A DNA stretch of 38,077 bases from Catajapyx aquilonaris (taxonomy: Eukaryota), in the NCBI GenBank assembly GCA_000934665.2, contig JYFJ02003747.1:1-38077 (forward strand). Reading direction: 5' to 3'. The notes under the pieces were generated by a model, which worked only from the letters and a program-made list of their open reading frames with translations, did not search any database and was not told the origin of the DNA. The stretch's first letter is position 1, and each line of letters opens with the position of its first letter. This document shows positions 1-12,130 of this stretch, piece by piece. The translations under genes and the position numbers were made by a program.

Positions 1-77
1 TTATCACACATTAGAATTTCACGACCACTAAAAAACCCAGATTCAAGTTTTCGCCATAAAACTAATTTAATGTTGAA

Positions 78-496
78 CTCTCCGCCATTTTGAATTTCGA
101 ATTTTTTTCAACAGATTTGAATTCCACGACCAAGAAGACCCCTGATTCCTGATTTTCGTCAGGATAGAGTAATTTTTCGAGATTTGCCATTTTTTTTTGC
201 GATTGAGACCCCTGTGACTCTCCGCCATTTGGAATTTGGATTTTTTTTCAACATATTTGAATTCCACGACCAAGAAAACCCATGATTCCTGATTTTCGTC
301 AGGATATAGTAATTTTTCGAGATTTGCAATTTTTTTTTTGCGATTGAGACCCCTGTGACTCTCCGCCATTTGGAATTTGGATTTTTTTTCAACATATTTG
401 AATTCCACGACCAATAAAACCCCTGATTCCTGATTTTCGTCAGGATAGAGTAATTTTTCGAGTTTTGCCATTTTTTTTGCGATTGAGACCACTGTG
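78..496. repeat. Tandem repeat, about 3 copies of a 140-141 bp unit
   Basis: CTCTCCGCCATTT recurs at 78, 218 and 359. The units are near-identical along their whole length, which explains the repeated peptides in ORFs 67..567 and 159..395. Confidence 0.9.
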
Positions 497-1135
497 CGTG
501 GGTTGTTTGGCTTGCATGGCTTGCCTGATGATGTCGTCACGGACAACGGGACACAGCTCACTAGCATAAAGTTTCAGGACTACCTGTTCCACCTTGGAAT
601 CGAGCACATCCTGACCCCTCCTTACTTTCCCCAACAGAACGGCCAGGCCGAGAGGGAGGTTCAAACCCTTAAGGACGCCCTTTCCCGGGTGGAAGGCGCT
701 TGGTCAATCCGCCTTCCACAGGTCCTCCTTACCCTCCGTTCCACCCCTCATACCACAACGGGGAAGACGCCGGCGGAGTTGTTGATGGGGCGCCGCCTAC
801 GCACCCTCCTCGACCGCCTGCATCCGGAGGGACCTTCCAAGATAAAGCACAATTGGGCGGCGTGGGATGATGCTGCACAGCACCGACGTTTTGATCCGGA
901 AGACACGGTCTACGCCCGGAATTATGCGCGGGGACCATGTTGGCTGCCTGGGTCTATAACTGAGGTGACGGGGCCGTACACCTACGGTGTACAGCTCCAG
1001 GACGGCCGACAAGCTCGCCGTCATGTCGACCAGCTGATGTCCCGCCAGGTGCGGGCTCTGCCCGCGGAACCATCACTGCCACCGACTGCTGGTGGCAGTG
1101 TCGGCTTGGACCCTCAAGGGCCCCGCGGGAAATAG
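494..1135 (+). mobile_element. Ty3/gypsy (K02A2.6/Mag-like) integrase, C-terminal fragment
   Basis: GLPDDVVTDNGTQ...PYFPQQNGQAEREVQTLK (second D and the E of the DDE triad), RSTPHTTTGKTPAELLMGRRLRT, WLPG...GPYTY...RRHVDQL (GPY/F module). No LTR seen. Confidence 0.9.
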
Positions 1136-1336
1136 GTATCTGGGGGCCTCTGACAATATTTAACAAACACCCACACCGGGGGGGGGGGGGGGGGGGGGGG
1201 GGAAGNAAATGTGCCCAGATCCCTGAAACAAAAATAAGGGGCACACAGAGAAACTCATCAAACAATTTGCTATACATACGTTTCAATCCGAGGGGGAATT
1301 TAATCCGAGGGGGAATTCAATCCGAGTGACTCCGTC

Positions 1337-1975
1337 GTGCTCTCTGAAAGTTTCGACGACCTATCGGAAACGGCCAGTCCTACCACTTCGGCGATTTCAA
1401 ATACTAGCAACGTCCCGAGGGTTCGCGGTACGGGTTCCGGAGAAAGCACCTTCAAGGTGGATGATTTTGTCGTTGTAACCTTCGAAGGAGAACTTTTCCC
1501 GGGAAGAGTGACGCAAGTCAAACCTGAGGGGTACATCGTCAAGACTATGGAGAGGTCCAAAATGAATTGGAAATGGCCGGCCCGCGAAGATGCTATTCTG
1601 TATTCAAAGGAAGAGGTTTTGTACACAATTGAACCCCCTAGGCCGGTAGGCAACCGAGGCGTCTTTGAGGTGAAAGATGCTGATTAGAGAGGTACGTGTA
1701 TTACTGATTTGTCATACAATTGTAACGTTGCCAAAGCAAAAACCAATGGTTGACTACGTAAATAAACTTTTGATGAGGTAACTTTGTGCCAATCTTTTTT
1801 TTCCCGACCATATTCAGCTTTTAGTATTAAAGATGCGGATTTGTAGAACATACAGTCGTGAGAGGGAAGGTTTCATCAACGTTATGACATTATCCATTCG
1901 CGTTTCTGTTGGTAATTGTTCCGCGAGAGAATGAAAACGTCCGAAATCTGTCACAAAGTAACCCCGTTTTACAGG
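1337..1975 (+). mobile_element. 3' part of a pogo-like DNA transposon (C-terminal Tudor-like coding tail, polyA signal, right TIR)
   Basis: ORF 1337..1687 has DFVVVTFEGELFPG...WKWP..ED.ILY; AATAAA at 1761; CAAAGTAACCCCGTTTTACAGG followed by TA (1976-77) resembles insect pogo TIR ends. Confidence 0.6.
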
Positions 1976-2400
1976 TAAAAAAATTAAATTTAATATTAAC
2001 TTCCAGCTAGAGTTGCACTTTCAAGAGACATGAGGTCTGATAACATTAGGATGTTTAGTGCATTAAGTACACACATGGCAGATCAGTTTGAGGGTATTTG
2101 TTCCATGATCATCTGAAATGCGAGTATTAGTATGATTCTGAGGGAGATTTCTTAAATTTTTGCATTTTACAGTAACCTTTTCGATTTTAGTAGCTTAACA
2201 AATTGAATAGCTCTGTAAGTGGAGCAAATGCTACGCGTACTTCTCTGTCTTATATTGAATGATTAGAACAATATTGTTCCAGTAACCTAATTCCATTTGC
2301 TGTTTGATGTGAACAAATTCATTCAGCAATGAAGTTCATCATTCATGAAAGTAAATCTACTAACATGCAATGTGACACCGATATCTGTTATACCTTACAG

Positions 2401-2625
2401 GTGACACTTGGTGGTGTCATTACGATAACTCGCCAACAGTGGGAATCAGCACAGGGCAAGATTGGGGGTGCAAAGTTTGTGAAAAGCCTGTGCATGTCTA
2501 CATGGGGGGTAGAGAAACTCTTAGTCAGCAGTGTGAATGGTCTGCGATGCTCAACAAAAAAAGATGCGGTGGCCAAAGCACCATTGTCACCTCAGAAGGT
2601 GGCTGCCATACAAGATGTTTTCTTG
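2401..2625 (+). pseudogene. BEN-domain exon relic, probably transposon-borne
   Basis: Acceptor ccttacag at 2400, then VTLGGVITIT..QW...KFVKSLCMSTWG.EKL..SSVNG..C...KAPLSPQKVAAI, matching the BEN pattern. Confidence 0.65.
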
Positions 2626-3094
2626 CGCGAGTTTCATTTTTGTGATCTTGTCTCGGATACATTCAGTGTTTTTGCCAATAATACAGGGTGACTCTAAAGT
2701 CTGCAGGATACTTGGGTAATTGGATTGCATTGTTGGTTGCCAGTTGCGCCAATTACAAGTGCCAAATGAAGAGGCAGGAAAATTCCACAAGCAAACGTAA
2801 TTATTTATGTACAGGAGAGGCCATTACATGGTAACACCTTAAATTTAAATGAAAAAAGGTGGAGGATATTTTATACCTTGTGCTTGAAGCACATAATCTT
2901 GATAACTATGCGTCGGAGACCCATGTTGCATATACTGAAAGTGATCGCCTAGAACCCATCCTATCATTTCCCAAAGCGACGGTAAATTAAATTTCCGAGC
3001 CCTATACTGTATAGTGCAGGGCATAATAACTGCATCATTACATTTACAGATGAGCTACGTTAAATGAGCATATTAAGAGTATAGTAAGTTAGTA

Positions 3095-3358
3095 GGCCAC
3101 AGCCGCTTCCTTCCTTTCCCTGGAGGAGGCGCGGTGCCTGTGGGGAGCTTCCGGCCGCGCCTAGGGGAGTGTCTAAGCTTGGCCCCCTGAGGGACTGCAC
3201 ACGGTTTCCACCACAGGACAATGCACTGCACCTTTGTTCCTCCCTCCCTATCCCTTCCCTGTCCCTGCACCGGTGAGATTGTAAAGTTAGAAAAATGGAG
3301 GAGATCTCCTCCCCCTGCATTGACCAATTGGTCTCAAGAAGGATCCCAAATAAATAAA
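3095..3358 (+). mobile_element. 5'-truncated SINE with (TAAA)n tail and 15-bp TSD
   Basis: TATAGTAAGTTAGTA at 3080-3094 and 3359-3373; tail AAATAAATAAA; starts GGCCACAGCCGCTTCCTTCC, a body motif I recall from insect SINEs. Confidence 0.8.
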
Positions 3359-3744
3359 TATAGTAAGTTAGTACTGGTATCATGATAGGAAGCCTACTAC
3401 GATTAAAAATAGAAAAACACAAAAAAACCAACAGATTTGGGTCTCACCCCGAGTTTGTAGCCCTCTCACACCGCCGCGCCGGTAAGCAGACAGACGACGT
3501 GTGAATCGAGCGAGTTGACTTCACATTTGACGCCGGAACAGATGACTTCGGCGAGACCAGAGTTTGCAGTCCGAAAAGTGGGGGTGGATCAGCACACGAC
3601 AGCACCAGTATTGACTATTCCAATCTGAAAGCCAAGTGCGAGAGTGGGGTACTAGGAGAGGATCACTTGATTGACCATGAAGGTTATGGCCTCGCAGATT
3701 ATCTTCTTACATCAGTTGCAATACCAACAACAGCAGGTGAAAAG

Positions 3745-4307
3745 AAGCTCCTTACTAGAAACTGTACGTGATACTGTAGGTGTCCTCGAAGAAAAAATAA
3801 TACATTCCAAAGAGGTGTCTGGAGTCCTCTTCAATGAGGCTTCCGCTCTTGCAGAGCAGGTGGAAGTGCAGATGAAGAAGCCCAGAGCAGCAGGTCGCGG
3901 TCGTGAGTTCTTCTATCGACAGTAGGTCTACAATTCTATTCTGGATGCCGTTATTGAGGATATATGAAAGATCGCCTCTCAGCATATGTCCTTAGTTGCT
4001 ACGAGTTAAACTCTGTTACCTTCTCAGATGTTGCCCAATAGCACAAGATCGAAAGCTGAAATGTCTTTGCAAGGAGATATTCAGGAATTTTCAAGAAAGA
4101 TGAGGTGTCTCTTAAGAGGACTTTAGAGGCTGAATGGGCGCTATGGAGAGCCAGGTGGCTACGAGAGCAGTCAGCGGGAAGCAAGATTCCTTCTTCCATC
4201 TCGGAGGCTCTGGATTTTTGTGACAAGGAGCTGTACCCAGGTATCGGAGATCTCCTTTTATAATACTAGCCTCCTTGCCGTCGAGTGGAGCCACAGCCGA
4301 GAGAGCC
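3745..4307 (+). mobile_element. Decayed hAT transposase C-terminus (dimerisation domain)
   Basis: EWALWRARW...ALDFCDKELYPGI / ILASLPSSGATAER, with stops and frameshifts. Confidence 0.8.
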
Positions 4308-7300
4308 AGTAGCTATATTGATGTGGAAACCCATGAAAGCGAAAGCAGAAACTTTCTGACCTAAAAATGGACTACATGTGGGGATAATTTTGAGGACAGA
4401 TGCTTCTTTAGCACCTCTCCAGGTCGGAACGGTACGTACTGTACATTGCAGTACATATCATTCCTGCAGCTCAGCCCACCCCAGCAACACCACGATCATT
4501 TTTGTGCCTGAGACGTCGCCAACACTGCGCCGTCGACACCACTAATAACAGCTGAGTCAGGGCAATTTATTGCAAGGCCCTATACAGCCCAGGGTGACCC
4601 ACGAAGGAAGGTGCTTCCAGCCCTCTCACCCACAAACAAACAAAAATGAATAAGATAAAGACCTTCCAGCTCCCCTCACTGCATCCCATTAACACTCCTT
4701 CGATGTCCATTACCCAAAAATGGCAACTCAATCTACTCAAGGCCTACTAGGAAGAGGAGAGGACAACCGCAACATACCCTTTATGTGCACAACAACCCTC
4801 TATACATGTCCAGTACTTTGCATGAAGACCAGGACGTAAAAGTAACTTTTGTAGGTACACTACATTAATTTTTTGTAACATAATACACCATTATAAACAC
4901 ATCCATGACAGTTTGTAGGTTATGCAACCATTGGAGATGCTGTCGTCAGTTCCCACACAGGACCAATCAGGATGGGGTTTTCATCTCATGAGGCACATTT
5001 TGGAGAGGATATTGGAGAGGACACCATAAACCATTCTAATCTATTCTATTCACTCAGCAATAATAAACCTGTGCAATATATTCATGCTTGAATGCTGAGC
5101 ATATTTGCTGATCTGATTTGATGTAAGTGTTCATGGGGTGAGGACCATATTGCACCATCAGGAGATACGTGAACTGACTGAATGTTGTCGCATGTAATGG
5201 CATTCGGGCCGATCTGGGGCTGAAGGGGTTAAGGAAGGTCACTAGTTTTGGGCAATTCAACACCCTGGGGGGAAATGTTGCATTGACACACAGACAAGGA
5301 CTCCCTATTAGAGCCCAGCGATCAGCAGAAGAAAAGCTGGAGTGACACGAGGCAGCAAGGTACAGTCGGCGCGGAGAAGGTAAGGACACTTGGGGGTAAG
5401 CTGACCATTGACAAGTGTCCTTACCTTTTCCGTGCCGACTGTACTACCAGCTGGAAGACGGCCAGGGCATTCCAGAGTGGGCAAGGCGAAAAGACCCAGA
5501 AACTTAGGCCTCAACATAGCGCAAAATGTACCTAATGCTGCTTCACATTGAAATGAAAGGATTTGTTTTTGGTATTCTCTATGTCAGTGGTTCTCAACAT
5601 GATGAACTGCACTGACCAATGCCACCAAAGATGCCCTTTCCCATATAGAAATTGAACGCAGCGAGTGCCGAGAGTACAGAAAAGACAGGGACAGTCTTAC
5701 TTATCCCAGGGCGGGGGTGGTTAGTGCTGTCTCTGATGGTGTAGGTCTTCGACTGTCGTGTTACACCAGGTATTCCTAATCCTGGAAAAATGGGTAGTCT
5801 GGAGTGTCACACACATGTTTGACACTTGCATTCGGCCAAGGGGCCCCCCGTTAAAACCTGTTGTCGGCTGGAGAGATAGAACTTGATGCACAGTGATTAG
5901 TGTTACCGGCGAGGTCAGGGAAAACACACGTTCGCGTGTCAGCTCCTTGATTAGCAGAGTCAGCAAACTGTGGCAAGAAAGCAACAGAAAATAAGATTAC
6001 TTCCTTCAGAAAAATTCGCTTTGGCTTTAGACGGAAGTCTACTTTTTTGAAGAAGGAAATGAAGACCAGAACAGCACTTACGGTATCAGCTTGTCATGTG
6101 TATTATTACGGTCAGCGTGGAGGATGTGGTTCGTGCGTAAAATCTCACACAGCGATGTCTGTCTCAACATATGGTACTGCTGGGCGTCCTCAAGCTCTTT
6201 TGAGGATCTCAGTATCAGACTCTATAATATCTTAATAATATTATCAAAACTTTAACAAATGGCGTAGGAGGTTAGCAGTCCTGTAGCTCTCTGGTATAAT
6301 TATCCAAAACGATTAATAGGTGGTGTTGGAGGTGGAGAATGACGGGACGTGGAAGGTGAAACCTCTATCAGATGAAAGTTGGGGAAAAGTCGCCGAGATT
6401 GGCAGTTGCAACGATGTGTAATGCAATGCTTACTATTCGCCTTCTAGTTGCCGTCATCAAGCAAAAGGTATTGTAGCCCATTGTTGAATACATTGACAAA
6501 TCGAAGTTTTAAAAAATTCCTTCATTTACAGTTCGGAAATGGTTGCCCCACTCTGATCGAGGGGTGGGTGTCATCAAACCTCGGGTGGCTTTCGCCTGCA
6601 TGTGGATATCTAATTGCCCTAATATCTCTTAATTCCTACACCATAAGCAAAGTTGAAACACAACTATTAATAGCAGCAATTTGTTATGGGATCGTTTTCA
6701 TGTCAACTGCTACAATTGTGCAACGCGCGCTGCAGGTGGTAAGTTTGAAGCGTCCTGAATTACCGTATTGCAAAAAAAAAACCTTAAAACACTTTTCCAC
6801 CTCCAGAATGTCTCAACAATAACGCCTGCACGTACGCGACAAGGTGGCGGCGACGACTTCGGCACCCACAGTTCCGTGGCCGGAAGCAACAATGGCGGCG
6901 CGGAGACCGAGGCCCCAGAAGGTCCAGAAGTAATGGCAATTGTTCTGGAGACGGAGTTGTAGAGCGTAGACCCGTTTACAACAAATATACCTCGATTTAT
7001 GCTTTTTTTGTCTGGAATTTCAATAATTTGAAATGTTGGGGTGCATTTGGGGGTTTCGTCCACATATAGAGAGGTCATTATTCGGCTTTGGTCGCTTGTC
7101 GCGCCTGCCCCCCCCCCNACCAGGGTCGACCAATCACGGCCTCAAGGAATTTTTGTCAGGGAGGTCTCAAATGCACCAAGTAGTACCAAGGCAGCATTGA
7201 TGAGGAGGCAGTCATCAGAGTTGGGGGAACTTGCTGTCCTGTCTCGTGTTTGTGTGTCCTCGACGTGCCGCCTTCGTTCATCATGGCTTGTGGTAATAAC

Positions 7301-7471
7301 GGTAGGTGTGATTCGCGAATTCTTTTATTGCCTCATACATTCGCTCGTGGTTTATGGGATTCAAAACACTCCCATTTCCCATTTTTTCTAATTGAAATTG
7401 TTTGGCATTGCAATTTGTGGAATTCCTCTCAAACCACTCCAGTTTGGGGATCACAGGAAGTGGCTTCCAAT

Positions 7472-8571
7472 CAGTGGCGGAACTAAGGGGTGCAGGGGGG
7501 ACCAAAGCCGGGGGGGGGCAAACACAGGCGAAGTAAAAAAAAAAAAAAACATCCTTCCAAAAGACATTTCGTTTTGATATTAGGATTTGTAAAAGATTTG
7601 GCAAACCCACTTTTGTTGGAACATTCAGCATCAGGATGCAGTGCCATTTTATCTCACACTCCCTGTCGCTACTGTTTCTACATGAAGGAGGACAGACTAC
7701 GTGGACCGACATTACTTAACGTTGAAGGGGCTGAACATTGATGAAGTTTGCTAACGTTAAACCAAGAAAGATTTTTTTTTTGCATTGTTGAAAAAAAATA
7801 ATTGCATTGGACAGCTGTCGTTGTTTACTAGTAGGGGAGAGTGCTGTACCATGGAACACTTTTCAACATTTATTTTTATTTAGTAAAGTTGTTCATGTTT
7901 TCAACATGTGAAACTGTCCATGTATAAAGCATTTTGTATGTCACTAATAACTTGACTACGACACACTCATGTAACTTGGAACAATTTATTTTCCAGCATG
8001 ATATTAGACTCAACGATGCAAATATTTTATTTCACGTTGTAGTTTTCATTCCTTTCAAAGCCAATTTGAACACTGTTATTCTCGATGACACCCTGACACA
8101 ACACCCTAGTTGATGTGTTCCAAAGTACTTTTAGAAATGAACTTGCCCCTCTTTCGTGCATTACATGATTGGTAGGTAATAATGATTCAGCACTGTATAG
8201 ACTATTAGTGTACACTTCAGAGCAGAACTTCATCTACTACATATGACAGGAGCAATAATCGACAAAAGGGCCGCCAAAAAACTTACTTTCGAGTATGAAA
8301 AAAAAACACCTCCGACACTCACTACCTCCAAAATGGCTACCTGCTAGGGCCTGTTTCCAACTAGGGGGGCATATGCATCCTTTGATTCAGAAAGTGGCCG
8401 GTAAATGTCAACACGAGCTGCGGTACATTGAGTGTTCCAAGCTACGTTGTACTCAAGGTACAGCCCTCCCCCCCCCCCCACACATACCATTAAAAAGAAA
8501 CTGTCCCAAAATTTATTTATTTATTATTATTTTAATGGGGTGGGGGGGCAGAATTTGAAGTCCCGCCACTG
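7472..8571 (+). mobile_element. Putative non-autonomous hAT element
   Basis: TIRs CAGTGGCGGAACT / AGTCCCGCCACTG (12/13 match); internal hAT tail remnant MKEDRLRGPTLLNVE...FANVKPRK (7682-7770). The 8-bp flanks match only 5/8 (CTTCCAAT vs CTTGGGAT). Confidence 0.5.
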
Positions 8572-9939
8572 CTTGGGATCTCGGACCAGTTTTTAGGATC
8601 ACAATTTCTATTACCGCCCAGTGGATGACAGGGGGGTGAACAATTTTTACGAATTTGATAACCACACACTACCAAAACTGTAAAATTGTGACATTAAAAT
8701 GAGGTGTGGCAATAAAAGGCTTCGAGTTGCAGGCGCCATATGTGGACACTGGATAACGACATTAATGCATTTTTTTTTACAGGACCCCCTGTTGGAGCCA
8801 CAAGGTATTCGGCCAGGTTGGCCCTGGGGTCAATTTGGATCCACCAACCAGGTAAGGAGGGGGGGGGGTGGAGGTGGAGGTCAACAAAACTGACCTTTTT
8901 TACTGAAAAGGGACCCCACCTGCGGCCCAGGACCAGCTCCAGATCCAGCCGCAACCCCAAGTGCCCCAGACCCAACCCCAAGTGTCCCAGGCCCAGGACG
9001 ATGATCCTGGTGAGGTGCTGGTGGCCACAAGGGCGCCCCCCACCGCCCCAGCACCCTAGGATTGAGGTTCCGTGGGAGGAGCTGTCGATTTCTTTCAATG
9101 TAGAAGGAAGCCGTGAGGTTCGTTTTAAATGAACCAGTAGGGGGGGGGGGAGGAGACGCCAGGGGCAGAGGACCCCCATATGGCTCTCCCCCCTTCATTG
9201 TATATTATATATCCGGAATAAAATAATTTTCTGAGGAACTTAATATTTGGACCGTCTGCAATACCTTCACGCCCCCCCTCTTCCTATTCTTCCTCCCCAC
9301 AAACACTTTCAGGCGTTCGGGTTTAAAATCTCAATTTGGAGAAAAACTGACTTAATCACTTCTGCTTCTGGGTGCTTCATATTGAACATCTACATACTGG
9401 TGAGAAATCATTGTTGTAATTTCAGCCCCAATGGGAAGAAATTCCAACTAAAGGTCAGCGCCTGCAATTTCTTCGAAGAGTACAAAACAGAACAGACACA
9501 ATATTTGCATATTGCCGTGAAGAAGGTCCCATGTTGTCCAATAAATAAGACCATGTACTTGGACATTCTTGCATAAAGGTTCATGTGTCACAATTCCTAA
9601 ACCATCATATTTTTCACTTGAAAGCTATGGCCGTTATCTCACTCCATCATTGCCACATGTTTTTCTTCACCTCCTGATCTCGTAATATCCTTAAATAACT
9701 CATGCCTTAAAAATTACACGAGGTGGATAAAAAAACACCACTGGTAGTAACATTTGAGAAAGTGTGGATGAGCCCTTATCCAAGTCAATTCTTCAACTTT
9801 TCCCTAGATTCTGTCACACACAAACGTCGAGGCAGGTAGCAGGCAATAAGGGTGTGATAAAAAAGAGCTGTTAATAAGCAACATCATCCTATCATTTGTT
9901 TACTCAATCGCATTAATATTTTCATCTTCTTGATGACAG

Positions 9940-10103
9940 GACTTCGGACAACTGCATGTTGTGATTGGTGGAGGATCGGCAGGAGAAAGTGCACAGGCAG
10001 GGAGACACTGGGTGGAGCAGTTTGTGACACTGGGAGATGTCCGGTAGGGACGTGGAAAGGCAAGAGTGACCCCATACATGCACATCATAGGCAGTCATCT
10101 GGG
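9940..10103 (+). pseudogene. Transib/Chapaev (RAG1-like) transposase exon relic, 5' part; continues at 16929-16975
   Basis: Acceptor AG at 9938-39; DFGQL...WVEQFVTLGDVR*GRGKARVTPYMHIIGSH. Removing the LTR element joins this in frame to LGDLIENFWNINRFSSQ, followed by a GT donor at 16976. Confidence 0.6.
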
Positions 10104-10636
10104 TTTTGAGTAGTTTTTTTTTGTACACAAAAGTGAGGTTGCAGGTTGAAAATTCAGTGGGTGCCGATGAGGCTTGCATAGGTGGGTGATCCAGTCACCC
10201 CGGGAAAATCCATTGTAACACCCTCCTACTCATCCACGCGTCGGTGGAGAAGATTCCAAGATGGCTGAACTTCCCCCACAAGATGGCGGACGGAAGTGAG
10301 AGGGACCACGCCACCATGGTTGTCCACCCCGACCTAACTGAAGCTGAAGTTGTGTGCGGACTGCCCTCCTGCTGAAGTGGGCTGCCTCAGACGGTTGCTG
10401 GCCGTCAGGAAAATATTGTATTGTAAGCGGTGGTTGGTTGAGAAAACCACAAGTGTTTTGTTTTGACTGGAGAGTTGCTGTAACTGTGTGAATAATTGGA
10501 CTCAATAATAATTTGGTTTTGAACAAAAACATTTTTGTCGACTACTCTTTCCATCCTGCATCACTCACATCACAACTTTGGCAAGAGGCCACAGGGGGCT
10601 TATGACAGTTTGGTTGTTTGTCCGCTGCTTGCCACA
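10104..10636 (+). repeat. 5' LTR, truncated at its 5' side
   Basis: Ends ...GCCACA two bases before the PBS; begins TTTTGAG rather than TG; matches only the last 533 bp of the 3' LTR. Confidence 0.9.
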
Positions 10637-10638
10637 AT

Positions 10639-10656
10639 TGGTGCCGTGACCAGGAT
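10639..10656 (+). promoter_or_regulatory. Primer-binding site, tRNA-His
   Basis: TGGTGCCGTGACCAGGAT is complementary to the 3' 18 nt of insect tRNA-His(GTG), ...ATCCTGGTCACGGCA-CCA. Confidence 0.9.
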
Positions 10657-10905
10657 GAGTGTTTTGGTCACTTTTAAGCGTTGTGATGAGGTGATGCAGA
10701 TTTGGGAGGTGTAGTTTGACTCAGATTGAGTTAAGTGAGAATTTGATAGTCTGTGAATTTTCTCAACCACCGTGGGGTGTTAATGGACTTTTCCTCCACA
10801 GCACTAATCCACTGTTTTTCTACAGAGTAAAAATAGTCAGAGGCTAAGCAGTTGTACCTGCATGTGGTAATTTTGAGTCGTAGTGTGGAGAAGGTTAGCT
10901 GCGAC

Positions 10906-11712
10906 ATGGCAGGGGCTCAGGGGGAAGTGAATTTGCTCGATGTAGATGGGACAGGCTTAGGGCAGTTGCTGGCTGCTATTGACGGGGAGACGGATGGAGA
11001 TGGTAACAATGGCAATGGCAACAATGAGCAAAATGGTGTGGTGCTACCACAGCAGCAAGGGTTGGTAAACCAAGGGCAGCATGATAGGATCCAACCAGCG
11101 CACAGCAAGTTTAATACTAGCATGATGATGACGATTCGTGGTTATGATGGGAGACCGGCTGAATCGGTCAGAGCATTTCTGGAGCAGGTTGAATTGGTCG
11201 GGGACATGTCGTTGTGGTCAGACGAGGATAGAATAAGATGCGTGAAATTAAAGCTAGGAGGCATTGCGGCTGACTTTGCCATGTTTTCCCCTGAAGTGCA
11301 AACTGCTAAGGATTGGAATGTGTTCAAGGCCTTGTTTTTGGAGAGGTTTAGCCCTAGCCGTAGGTTCTCGGAACTCATTGGAGATGTTAAGGGCATCAAG
11401 CAGGAGGTAGCTCAGAGTGTCAATGAGTTCGTGACTGATCTGCGTAGGATGCAATTGGAATTGCAGGCATGTAGGGACGCTCCCAAGGACCGTGAGACAG
11501 TTGAGTTGTTGGTTCTCTCCCAGTTTATGTCAGGTTTGCAGTCGGAGAGGACCCGACACACTTTGCAGATTTTGAAACCAGCCCCTCAGGCAAATGAACC
11601 TCAAGTTGCATATGATTTGGTCCAGTTGGACGAGGTTGACTACCGTCAAAATCCCAGGCGAAGTGAGCGTACACATAAAGCACCAGATAGGTACAGTCCA
11701 AGCAGGTTTTAA
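10906..11712 (+). CDS. gag: Ty3/gypsy Gag capsid protein (268 aa from ATG 10906) fused to a pol-terminus-like tail
   Basis: YDGRPAESVRAFLEQVE..W....RI..KLKLGG.A..F...WNVFK.LFLERF...KQ...SVNEF...L...FMSGL. Ends PRRSERTHKAPDRYSP, typical of gypsy integrase C-termini. No zinc knuckle, PR, RT or RH. Confidence 0.85.
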   Translation: MAGAQGEVNLLDVDGTGLGQLLAAIDGETDGDGNNGNGNNEQNGVVLPQQQGLVNQGQHDRIQPAHSKFNTSMMMTIRGYDGRPAESVRAFLEQVELVGDMSLWSDEDRIRCVKLKLGGIAADFAMFSPEVQTAKDWNVFKALFLERFSPSRRFSELIGDVKGIKQEVAQSVNEFVTDLRRMQLELQACRDAPKDRETVELLVLSQFMSGLQSERTRHTLQILKPAPQANEPQVAYDLVQLDEVDYRQNPRRSERTHKAPDRYSPSRF

Positions 11713-12086
11713 TGTATCACGTTTCCCAAAGTAGCTGTAAGTTTGAGTTTTAGGGTCTTGTTTAGTGTTAGGTCATGTCAGCCATAAGAAGGCATTGCTT
11801 ACTTTTGTACTGATTGAATGAGTAAGCGTTGGGTTAAGAAAAAGCAGTTGTTAATCTTGAGGCATTGTTGTGTTTGAATCTGAGGTGTGTCCGAGCAGGT
11901 TGTGTGTGTTGCTGGTTTGTGCTGTGCCAACTAATGTAATGTGTTTGTTTGAGCTCCTTTAAGTTTTGGTTGCTGAGTAGTTTTTACATGCTGTTAGAGT
12001 AGGGAAGTAGTGTCGTTGCTAGCACGATCACTCTCCTCTGCTCTAGGCGTGTAGACTGGCCCTTGTGTAATTTTGTTGGTTTTTCT

Positions 12087-12130
<44 letters not shown>

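Noticed and set aside
78..496. CRISPR array or repeat protein
   Set aside because: Whole 140-bp units repeat with no unique spacers; the ORFs are by-products of the repeat; the context is eukaryotic.
1285..1326. 17-bp tandem repeat AATCCGAGGGGGAATT(T/C)
   Set aside because: Short local duplication of ~2.5 copies with no further structure.
3520..3547. LTR end plus tRNA-Lys PBS (TCACA TT TGACGCCGGAACAG)
   Set aside because: Several mismatches to the PBS, and no partner LTR or gag found.
5215..5232. piggyBac-like end GAAGGGG-TTAA
   Set aside because: No matching left TIR found.
5585..5598. hAT/Charlie-type TIR CAGTGGTTCTCAAC
   Set aside because: No partner TIR or TSD found.
10230..10532. Duplicated 100-aa ORF (also 16518..16820)
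   Set aside because: Lies within the LTRs; identity reflects LTR duplication.
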